From Octopus sinensis (Eukaryota), in contig NC_043025.1 of the NCBI RefSeq assembly GCF_006345805.1, positions 3,844,001-3,908,000 on the forward strand: a stretch of 64,000 nucleotides of DNA, read 5' to 3'. The first letter of the stretch is position 1. The number at the start of each line of letters is the position of its first letter. Below are positions 53,836-64,000 of this stretch, piece after piece. A model generated the notes under the pieces. It saw only the letters and a list, made by a program, of their open reading frames with translations. It was not told the origin of the DNA and made no database searches. Made by a program: the position numbers and the translations under genes.

Positions 53836-56162
53836 TGTTTAGGGGTTAAGAAGAGGCTGTTATGAGAAGAAAAGTTTAGGGATAAAGAAGAGGCTGTTAT
53901 GAGAAGAAAAGTTTAGGGGTTAAGAAGAGGCTGTTATGAGAAGAAAAGTTTAGGGGTTAAGAAGAGGCTGTTATGAGAAGAAAAGTTTAGGGGTTAAGAA
54001 GAGGCTGTTATGAGAAGAAAAGTTTAGGGGTTAAGAAGAGGCTGTTATGAAAGAAAAGGTTTTTAGGAAGAAGAGCTGTTATGAGAAGAAAAGTTTAGGT
54101 TAAGAAGAGGCTGTTATGAGAAGAAAATTTAGGGGTTAAGAAGAGGCTGTTATGAGAAAAAAGTTTAGGGGTTAAGAAGAGGCTTTATGAGAAGAAAAGT
54201 TTAGGGGTTAAAAGAAGAGGCTGTTTTGAGAAGAAAAGTTTAGGGGTTAAGAAGAGGCTGTTATGAGAAGAAAAGCTTAGGGTTTAAGAAGAGGCTGTTA
54301 TGAGAAGAAAAGTTTAGGGGTTAAAAGAAGAGGCTGTTATGAGAAGAAAAGTTTAGGGGTTAAGAAGAGGCTGTTATGAGAAGAAAAGTTTAGGGGTTAA
54401 AAGAAGAGGCTGTTATGAGAAGAAAAGTTTAGGGGTTAAGAAGAGGCTGTTATGAGAAGAAAAGCTTAGGGTTTAAGAAGAGGCTGTTATGAGAAGAAAA
54501 GTTTAGGGGTTAAGAAGAGGCTGTTATGAGAAGAAAAGTTTAGGGGTTAAAAGAAGAGGCTGTTATGAGAAGAAAAGTTTAGGGGTTAAAAGAAGAGGCT
54601 GTTATGAGAAGAAAAGTTTAGGGGTTAAAAGAAGAGGCTGTTATGAGAAGAAAAGTTTAGGGGTTAAAAGAGGCTGCTATGAGAAGAAAAGTTTAGGGGT
54701 TAAGAAGAGGCTGTTATGAGAAGAAAAGTTTAGGGGTTAAAAGAAGAGGCTGTTATGAGAAGAAAAGTTTAGGGGTTAAGAAGAGGCTGTTATGAGAAGA
54801 AACGCTTAGGGTTTAAGAAGAGGCTGTTATGAGAAGAAAAGTTTAGAGGTTAAGAAGAGGCTGTTATGAGAAGAAACGTTTAGGGGTTAAAAGAAGAGGC
54901 TGTTATGAGAAGAAAAGTTTAGGGGTTAAAAGAAGAGGCTGTTATGAGAAGAAAAGTTTAGGGGTTAAGAAGAGGCTGTTATGAGAAGAAAAGCTTAGGG
55001 TTTAAGAAGAGGCTGTTATGAGAAGAAAAGTTTAGGGGTTAAGAAGAGGCTGTTATGAGAAGAAAAGTTTAGGGGTTAAAAGAAGAGGTGTTATGAGAAG
55101 AAAAGTTTAGGGTTAAGAAGAGGGGCGTTATGAGAAGAAAAGTTTAGTGTTAAAAGAAGAGGCTGTTATGAGAAGAAAAGTTTAGGGGTTAAAAGAGGCT
55201 GTCTTAGTTTTTTTTAAAAGAAGAGGCTGTTTTTGAAAAAAGTTTTGGGGTTAAAAAGAAGCTTTTTATGAGAAGAAAAGTTTAGGGGTTAAGAAGAGGC
55301 TGTTATGAGAAGAAAAGTTTAGGGGTTAAAAGAAGAGGCTGTTATGAGAAGAAAAGTTTAGGGGTTAAGAAGAGGCTGTTATGAGAAGAAAAGCTTAGGG
55401 TTTAAGAAGAGGCTGTTATGAGAAGAAAAGTTTAGGGGTTAAGAAGAGGCTGTTATGAGAAGAAAAGTTTAGGGGTTAAAGAGGTGTTATGAGAAGAAAA
55501 GTTTAGGGGTTAAGAAGAGGCTGTTAGGAGAAGAAAGTTTAGGGGTTAAAAAGAAGGGGGGTTGGGGGAGAAAAGTTTAGGGGTAAAAGAGGGGGCTGTT
55601 ATGAGAAGAAAAGTTTAGGGGTTAAGACGAGGCTGTTATGAGAAGAAAAGTTTAGGGGTTAAGAAGAGGCTGTTATGAGAAGAAAAGTTTAGGGGTTAAG
55701 AAGAGGCTGTTATGAGAAGAAAAGTTTAGGGGTTAAGAAGAGGCTGTTATGAGAAGAAAAGTTTAGGGGTTAAAAGAAGAGGCTGTTATGAGAAGAAAAG
55801 TTTAGGGATTAAAAGAAGAGGCTGTTATGAGAAGAAAAGTTTAGGGGTTAAGAAGAGGCTGTTATGAGAAGAAAAGTTTAGGGGTTAAAAGAAGAGGCTG
55901 TTATGAGAAGAAAAGTTTAGGAGTTAAGAAGAGGCTGTTATGAGAAGAAAAGCTTAGGGTTTAAGAAGAGGCTGTTATGAGAAGAAAAGTTTAGGGATTA
56001 AAAGAAGAGGCTGTTATGAGAAGAAAAGTTTAGGGGGTTAAGAAGAGGCTGTTATGAGAAGAAAAGTTTAGGGGTTAAAAGAAGAGGCTGTTATGAGAAG
56101 AAAAGTTTAGGGGTTAAAAGAAGAGGCTGTTATGAGAAGAAAAGTTTAGGGGTTAAGAAGAG
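53836..56162. repeat. Purine-rich minisatellite, 37/39-bp unit, about 60 copies
   Basis: Unit aaaagtttaggggtt(aa)aagaagaggctgttatgagaag. Confidence 0.97.
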
Positions 56163-56543
56163 AATGGGCTAGCATCAGAATGGTTTATAAAAGGGTGTGT
56201 TAAGGGGAGAAGAGAAGTTTAGGGTTTATAAAAAGGTGTTTAAGTGGTGTGGGGAGATAGATTGAGGGGTTGAGAAGTAGAGATCTTGCAAAAGTGGAGA
56301 TGCTGGTTAGTAGTGAGAGAGTGGGAGGCTTTGAGGAAAAGGAAGAGCTAAGTTTCAAGTGGTGGGGGTGAAGGGTTGAGACAATGAGAGGAGAGGGAGT
56401 AAGAGGCACAAGTTTGGTGGTTGGAGGTTGAGAAGGGGGTGGGAAGGCGGGATGAAATGGAGAAAAGGGGGGAGGTAGGTTTATTGAGAGAGAGAGAGAG
56501 AGGGCAGGAAGAGAAGGTGTGTGAGAGGGAGAGAAGAGTGACG

Positions 56544-56667
56544 TTACAAGGAGGAGGAGGAATAGGAAGAGGGGGAGGAGGAGGTGGTCACGTTTCCACT
56601 CTGAGTCAAACTGGACTTCAGATAGTCAGCCGTCCCTTGATGCACAGGATCATACATCTTGTCTCTC
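56544..56667 (-). CDS. Possible orphan terminal exon of an unidentified gene
   Basis: Acceptor gtgtgtttcag|G, then open frame RDKMYDPVHQGTADYLKSSLTQSGNVTTSSSPSSYSSSSL*. No family recognised. Confidence 0.3.
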
Positions 56668-57127
56668 CTGAAACACACCAATTAACACACTAATACAAGT
56701 AAAAAGGTAATTAACTGATGATTAGCAATTCACAATTTTAAACAATTTTTTCTTTTGTATTTTTCAATTTCTTATTTCTGCTTTCTTTATTTATTAATTC
56801 ATTTTGATGTATATACTTACATTGTTCTAGAAATTTTATTTTTCATTTTATATATATATATATAATAATAATATTAGGGAGTAAATCCAAACTTACAGGG
56901 AAAATGAGATTTAGGATTAAATCTAATTTTACAGTATAAATATATATATATAAATTAAATTAGAGATAAAACCACTATTAGCCAAATCAAACAGTGAAAA
57001 TCATAAACCAATATATAGAAATAAAATTAATTAATATAATATACAAAATATATAAAATATAAAATTCAAAATTTAAATTATTTAAATTTATAGTTAAAAT
57101 TTTAAAAATTATTTAAATTATCTCTAA

Positions 57128-57169
<42 letters not shown>

Positions 57170-57341
57170 AGTCAGCTACGATGTAATTGTATTTTCTATT
57201 TCTATTTCTATGTCTAGTTATATTTGTAATATATTATGTATAATGTCATTGCTGTTGTGTAATGGTTTAATAAAGTATTGATTGGGTATTATCTGATGGT
57301 TGATGATTGATTTAGGTATATTTCTCCATTTTCTCATTTTG

Positions 57342-57372
<31 letters not shown>

Positions 57373-57557
57373 GTATATGTATATATATATATATGTATGT
57401 ATGTATATATATGTATATATATATATGTATATACATATATATATGTATATATAGTACGTTTATTGGCTAAACTGGCAATATGACCATTCCGAAATATAAC
57501 AATATGTATATATATATGTAATATATATATATATATATGTGTGTGTATATTATTTAT

Positions 57558-57588
<31 letters not shown>

Positions 57589-57659
57589 TAATATATATAT
57601 ATAAGTATTATATAGCTATATATTAGTAGATATATGTATATATATTATATATATATATA

Positions 57660-57693
<34 letters not shown>

Positions 57694-58044
57694 ACAATTA
57701 AGGATAACCTCATACTAAGGAATCTTAACAAGAAATTATCAGGTAGATAGCGTGAAAAACCTCATAAGAGAAAAATTTCGAAAATAATTCTTTCTTATTG
57801 AACATATTAATTTATATATATATGCATGTGTGTGTATGTATGTATGTGTGTGTGCAGATATATATATATAATGGAGACAAATGCTCCATTTAAAATTTTT
57901 CCTATTTTCTCCTAAATATATCTCGCTTCTCCCCGGAATCAAATCCCACACAAAAGTAACCATTCTTTCCTGGGACACTTAAGCAACATTTAGCTACCTT
58001 CTAATTATTTCCCTGGATCTTGCCTATAAATTGTACAATCATAC

Positions 58045-58106
<62 letters not shown>

Positions 58107-58114
58107 TGTTGGCA

Positions 58115-58330
58115 TCCTTTTTGTCTCAAGAGACAATGAAGTTGTGCATAAAAATAATCTAGTCCGGCTTTTACATTTCGTTGTCCTGATACATCTCCTG
58201 CTGTGTAGTCCTATCCTGGACAAACACTCCCTCTGGCAGGCACCGCAAATGTAGTGAAAACTTTGCCTGGATGGTTGTAATGTCATTGTTTCTACAATGT
58301 TCTTCCAGTTATCAGGTAGACCTGACATAA
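58115..58330 (-). mobile_element. RTE-type LINE extreme 3' end
   Basis: YICGACQRECLSRIGLHSRRC resembles the C..C.R.C.SRIGL.SH.R.C terminal motif of RTE ORFs. Confidence 0.65.
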
Positions 58331-58374
58331 TATATATATATAATATATATATATATATTATATATATATATATA

Positions 58375-58435
<61 letters not shown>

Positions 58436-58448
58436 CACACACACAACA

Positions 58449-58491
<43 letters not shown>

Positions 58492-58555
58492 ACACACACA
58501 CACATATATATATATAATATACTTTATTTTAAAAGCACAGAAAATTCAACAAAAC

Positions 58556-58593
58556 CTTTTACTCTGAGTTTCACGTTCTCGTTCGTCAGACAG
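58556..58593 (-). ncRNA. Minimal hammerhead motif (left arm of the same fold-back)
   Basis: ctgt CTGACGA acg agaa cgt GAAAC tcaga GTA aaag; stem II intact, one mismatch in stem I. Confidence 0.7.
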
Positions 58594-58608
58594 TTTTTGC
58601 TAGAAAAA

Positions 58609-58645
58609 CTGTCTGACGACGGGAACGTGAAACTCAGAGTAACAG
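58609..58645 (+). ncRNA. Minimal hammerhead motif (right arm of a fold-back)
   Basis: ctgt CTGACGA cgggaacgt GAAAC tcaga GTA acag; stem I ctgt/acag is perfect. Confidence 0.7.
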
Positions 58646-58776
58646 GTTTTGTTGAATTTTCTGCTGCTTTTAAATAAAGCATATTACTCTACCACTGGTA
58701 TTTGAGTACTCTTTTTTCCACCTTGTTTCACATTTATGGTTTACTCCAGTATATATATATATATATACATACATAT

Positions 58777-58828
<52 letters not shown>

Positions 58829-58840
58829 TACATATATATT

Positions 58841-59923
58841 GGTGACAAGAAATAGGTTCTTGTAAAAATGTCAGTGCCAAAGACAGTGGGTAGGGAAAGG
58901 AGAAAGACCAGCACCCCAGGCTAAAGGAGGTCTTCACCCACGTAAGGTGTTGTTATCTGTCTGGTGGGATATGAAAGGTTTGATCCATTTTGAACTTTTA
59001 AACCCAAATGAAACGATAACAAAGGAGATTTACTGTGAGCCCCTTGGGCAGCTTAAGTCAGCGCTAGAAGGAAAACAACCATCTTTGGTTTCAAGGCAAA
59101 CGGTGTTCTTCGATCAGGATAATACTCAGCCACACACAGCAAGGTTCTTGGTCTCAAGCATTTGTCTTATGAAGAAAGGCTGAAGACACTCGACCTTTAT
59201 TCTCTAGAAAAACGACGACGCTGTGGTGATCTCATTCTTGCTCACAACATCATAAGAGGAAAGTGTAACCTCTCGAAAGAGCTGTTCTTCACTCCTGCTC
59301 CAAAGCGTCGGCTGCGGGGTCACTCCGAAAAGCTCTATCTGCGACGATTTCATCTCAATCGAAGGAGAGGGGCTTTCTCCGTCTGGGTTGCGGATCCGTG
59401 GAACAAGCTGCCAGATGAGATGGTGAAGATGCCGATGACCGCTCGGCTCAAAGTCTCCCTTGACCACAAGTGACCTGAACTCTTTACATGAACACCACCC
59501 TGTACATAACTCCATGTCCCTCTACATGGCCTTGCATTTTGCTTTTTGAGCCAAAAAATTAACTAACTAACTAACATGACATTCCAAAGGCTGAAGCTGT
59601 TTGAATGGGAGACGATACCCCAGCCACCATATTCGCTGAACATTGCCCCATCTGATTATTATTTATTCCGCAGTCTTCGAAATCATTTGAATGGAAAAAA
59701 ATATGAATTCTATAGACGTGGTCAGAACAGTACAGGGGAGTATTTTTCATCAGGGACAAGTGAATTTTGAAAGGGTGGGGGGCGTTTCAGGTCTACCAGA
59801 AAGATGGGAGAGCATTGCAGAAAATGAAGGGGAGTATAGTTTAGATTAAAAAAAAACTTTATCTTAATTGTAAAGAATAAGAGAAGTATAAAATAACCGC
59901 ATTATTTGTGGGATGACCCAATA
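58841..59923 (+). mobile_element. Mariner (Tc1/mariner) transposase relic with right terminal inverted repeat
   Basis: GD.K, LHPRKVLLSVWWD, DQDNTQPHTAR | MTFQRL...PPYSLNIAPSDYYLFRSL; terminus cgcattatttgtgggatgacccaa followed by TA. Confidence 0.88.
59145..59575 (+). mobile_element. CR1-like LINE 3' fragment with (TAAC)n tail, inserted in a mariner
   Basis: SYEERLKTLDLYSLEKRR..GDLI, RGH, F..RV...WNKLP; ends ttaactaactaactaac. Confidence 0.85.
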
Positions 59924-60004
59924 TGTATGTATAAATATGCATATTTGTGTGGTGTATGTGTGCGCACACGTGTGAGTACATATATATAATATATATATAT
60001 ATGT

Positions 60005-60083
<79 letters not shown>

Positions 60084-60085
60084 AG

Positions 60086-60116
<31 letters not shown>

Positions 60117-60633
60117 TATATATATATATAACATGCACCACACACACACACACACACATATATATACATACATACATATATAAAATTAAATAAGGGTAGT
60201 AATTGATATTAATCAACTAAAACCAGTGGCCTAGCATATTTTTTAAAAATCCGAACATTAAAAATTGTGTTGCATACAAAATTTAGAGGAATGACCACCA
60301 CTAATAGTGGACAGCCTGTAAATATTAACAAGCGAAAACAATGGTACATAGGTAATAGTTTTTTATTTTGTATATTTTTGTTTGTCTTGCTTATTTTTAC
60401 ATTCTGGTTTTTTGCTGAGATTTTTCTTGAGAACACATTCTTCGTGGTAATGGCGATTTGACATCTATGTTTAGCTGTCCATTTTTAGTAGTCAGTCCTC
60501 TAAATTTTGTATATATATATATATATATTAGAAGAAATGAGGTACTCAGAAATTTGGATGGTTTTATATTTACAGATATTTCTTTGTATATTACATGTTT
60601 TTATACATCATATATCATATTTCACATACATAT

Positions 60634-60672
60634 ATTAGCGCTTTCGTCCATTCTGGTGGAGTTTTCAAATTG
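60634..60672 (-). ncRNA. Hammerhead-like motif with U3-A8 variant core in the loop of a fold-back
   Basis: at TTGAAAA c tcca ccagaa tgga c GAAA gcg CTA at; stem III is the palindrome AGCGCT; stem I only about 2 bp. Confidence 0.45.
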
Positions 60673-60805
60673 AACTAGTATATCATATATGATGTATAAA
60701 AACATGTAATATACAAATAAATATCTGTAAATATAAACCATCCGAATTTCTGAGTACCTCATTTCTTCTAATATAAAATACCTGTACATCAACTCCAACC
60801 TTATA

Positions 60806-60838
<33 letters not shown>

Positions 60839-62050
60839 ATATATATATACACATCAAAATCAAAATCAAAATCGAAATCGATTCAACATCAATGGAAATT
60901 GTGTCGGTGGCACATAAGAGAACCATCCGAACATGGCCGTTGCCAGCACCGCTCCAACTGGCCTCCGTACCAGTGCCACTTAAAAAGCACCATCTGATCG
61001 TGGCCATTGCCAGCCTCGCCTGGCCTCCGTGCCGGTGGCACATAAAAAGCACCATCCGATTGTGGACTTTTGCCAGCCTCGCCTGGCACGTAAAAAGCAC
61101 CCACTACACTCTCAGAGTGGTTGGCGTTAGGAAGGGCATCCAGCTGTAGAAACACTGCCAGATCTGACTGGAGCCTGGTGCAGCCTCCTGGCTTCCCAGA
61201 CCCCAGTTGAACCGTCCAACCCATGCCAGCATGGAAAGCAGATGCTAAACGATGATGATGATGGTGATGATGATGATGATGATACACATAATGAAATCAA
61301 CATCATAAGCACCCCACCACCACCACCACCTCCAACCACCAAACTCAAACTGTACAATGAACAAAAGCAGTCATTCCCTTCCTGGGACAAACAAGTTGGT
61401 TGCAGGCACAACTTGAGGTCAAAACTAACAAACACACAAAAAAGACAATCTGTTTCACTGGTCTAATGGTTAGGGTGTTGCACTCATGATCATGAGATTG
61501 CGGTTTCAATTCCGAGACCGGGTGGTGTGTTGTGCTCTTGAGCAAAATACTATCTAAACCCCAAAGAATCCCTCTCAACACATTGCTATGATGCTCCCCC
61601 ACTACTTCTGCTCGTGATCAGAGATGCACATATCGTCAGCCACTAAGGGACATGCTCAACTGGTTAAGGTCAAACAACTGACAAGCAAATCAGTGGTATT
61701 GAGCAGAATATTTGCTGTGGTTCATCTTTTATACCAAAACAAAATAATGTACATGATAACACTTCCAATCAGTTAAGATCAGAAGCCATGCGAACCAGTG
61801 CTTGGTACTGCATCAGAGCATTATTATCATTCAGTAGTTTTATTTTTATAGCGTGCTTTCACTTCACTACCGAGCACAGCTCTGTGTGCCATGGATATGT
61901 GCTGTGGTTTGTTGTGATGCTCTGATGGTGTGTGTGGAAATGAAGCCTTACGGCAGAGATACAAATTATATATATATATATATATATTATTATATTATAT
62001 ATATATATATCTATATAATATATATATATTATATATAATATATATATAGC

Positions 62051-62830
62051 TATTATTAGTGAATTAAGAAATGGAGTTGAACGAAGGATTGAACAGAAAT
62101 CGTTTATTTCATTCTACACGTGTTTCGAAAGGCACAATTTACCAAATTCCGATTGAATAATGAGACAATATGTGCCTTCTCTTCAGGAAGAAATAGGAAA
62201 TCCGTTTGGAAAAAACAAAACAGAATAGAGGCGGAGCAAAACAAAATCGAACTAGGCTCCTAAAGAGCCCATGGCCAAACTGTTTATCAGTGTATGTTGA
62301 AAACTGGTGGTGGGGGGTTGAAGATTAACGGGTCAGGCACGGTCATCCGTGGGTGAGGGTACCGGGGTGTGTAGATGTCTTTGTGACCGAGAGTAAAGTT
62401 CTGACTATTTAAAGAATATAGATGTATTTATCGGCAAGAGAAATCTACTTAGAGACATGTGTGTGTTTACTGTTCTATATATGTGTGGGGCGCTAGTGAT
62501 AAGCAGCGCTACATTGGTCAGCGCTGAGAAATCCATCAAGGGGTAGAAAAAACATTTAGTGTACGCGTGTGTGCATTTGATCGCGCGGCTGTCAGTTGGT
62601 AAACAGCTCAACCCAATGGTCAATGCTGTAGAACTCCATTTCTTAAATTCACTAATAATATTAAAATTCATTATATCCGCACCAACGCACGGTTGCAACA
62701 CCATATGGTTGTACCTCCAACCGTGCTGGCTTCTGCTGTGATTTTGCTACCAAGGTATCGATTAAAACTTTTGATAATCTGCAACAAGATTATTCATCTT
62801 TCTATTTCACATTATATATATATATATATA
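62051..62830 (-). mobile_element. Penelope-like element pLTR remnant with inverted terminal segment
   Basis: Contains a canonical hammerhead; 62051-62078 recurs inverted at 62633-62661; flanked by (TA)n. Confidence 0.6.
62105..62195 (-). ncRNA. Type I hammerhead ribozyme motif, canonical core
   Basis: tatttcttc CTGAAGA gaaggcaca [34 nt] tgtgcctttc GAAAC acgt GTA gaatgaaata. All core nucleotides present; stems I and II are 9 bp with one bulge each; stem III is the palindrome ACACGTGT. Confidence 0.85.
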
Positions 62831-62940
62831 TTAGTATGTTGTATATTATATGTGCATCTATATATATATTATATATTATATATATATATATATTATATAT
62901 ATGTATATATATGTATATATATATATATGTATATATATGT

Positions 62941-62975
<35 letters not shown>

Positions 62976-63250
62976 TATATGTATATATATATATAGATAG
63001 AATATTTATATATAATATACTATATATATGTAATATATATATATATATAGTATAATATATATATATATATATGTATATATATATGAGTGAGTGCTGAATG
63101 AAAGGTTCATGGCTTTGGGGTAAAAAGACACAAACATATATATATATTAATAAATATATATATGTATATAGATGGGCCAAAAGTCACACACCAAAAAATT
63201 TATTATTTTGTTTTATATTCTATTATTATTATACATTTTTTTTTTTTAAC

Positions 63251-63336
63251 ATACTTGCTTCAGCAGTTCATAGACTTAAAAGTGGAATGATGCAGAAAAG
63301 ATTAGCATGGCCCTGTGCAAGGCTGACATGCAAATT
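63251..63336 (+). pseudogene. U6 snRNA pseudogene, 3'-truncated
   Basis: atacttgcttcagcag...aagattagcatggccctgtgcaaggctgacatgcaaatt is colinear with U6 nt 1-86; ACAGAGA box mutated to GCAGAAA; several CpG-type transitions. Confidence 0.9.
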
Positions 63337-63441
63337 TATATATAGATATATATATATGTATATAATATAGACATATATAGATAAGTATATATATATATAT
63401 ATATATACATATATATATACATATATATATATATATGTTAT

Positions 63442-63478
<37 letters not shown>

Positions 63479-63508
63479 ATATATAGATATGTATATATAT
63501 ATTATATG

Positions 63509-63539
<31 letters not shown>

Positions 63540-63608
63540 TATATATACATATATATATATTTATATATATGTATATATATATAATATATATATACATATA
63601 ATAGAGAC

Positions 63609-63646
<38 letters not shown>

Positions 63647-63678
63647 TATATATATATATATTTATATATATATATATT

Positions 63679-63760
<82 letters not shown>

Positions 63761-63769
63761 TATATTATA

Positions 63770-64000
63770 CTAGCAGCATAGCCCGGCATTGCGCGGGTAT
63801 GTAAGAGCCCCTGGAGCAGACCATGATGCTCGCTGTGAATTTTAAAAAAATTCCTGCCAATTTGTGAAAGATATTGTCGAAAATATGTCATCTTGAATTT
63901 GAACGCGATCTCCCAAAATGGTATGATTTTATCGATTTTTTTTTGATGGTAAGGTATTGCATGGAAAAACTAACGTCAGAATTAAGTTTCTTAGGGTAAC
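63770..64000 (-). mobile_element. Helitron 3' end, running off the window
   Basis: ctagcagcatagcccggcattgcgcggg terminus of the same family. Confidence 0.65.

Noticed and set aside
53836-56162. True telomere or interstitial telomeric array
   Set aside because: TTAGGG occurs once per 37-39 bp, never in tandem, with unique sequence on both sides.

Overview
AT-rich, intron-rich animal genomic DNA with no prokaryotic features. The SINE, LINE and microsatellite content suggests a cephalopod, probably Octopus (inference). Two spliced genes can be rebuilt from the sequence. (1) On +, five exons (7303-7541, 9673-10148, 17349-17458, 26095-26304, 28470-28584) encode the middle and C-terminus of a UPF0489/C5orf22-like protein, all GT-AG with matching phases; the 5' exons appear to lie upstream of the window. 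(2) On -, converging with it, three coding exons (41399-41387, 38770-38699, 36243-36038) give a 96-aa protein that is essentially one death domain. A possible orphan exon lies at 56667-56544 (-). The rest is mostly repeats: RTE, CR1-like and R4/Dong-like LINE remnants, tRNA-derived SINEs, non-autonomous Helitrons, a mariner relic, a probable solo LTR, minisatellites, long microsatellites, a U6 pseudogene and a 100-N gap (47094-47193). Most short ORFs in the supplied track are microsatellite artefacts. The main hidden signal is a set of minimal type I hammerhead-ribozyme motifs of the Penelope-like-element kind at six loci with unrelated sequences. Most have self-complementary stem III and sit in or next to fold-back structures. 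One (62195-62105, -) looks fully canonical and two have a U3-A8 variant core.
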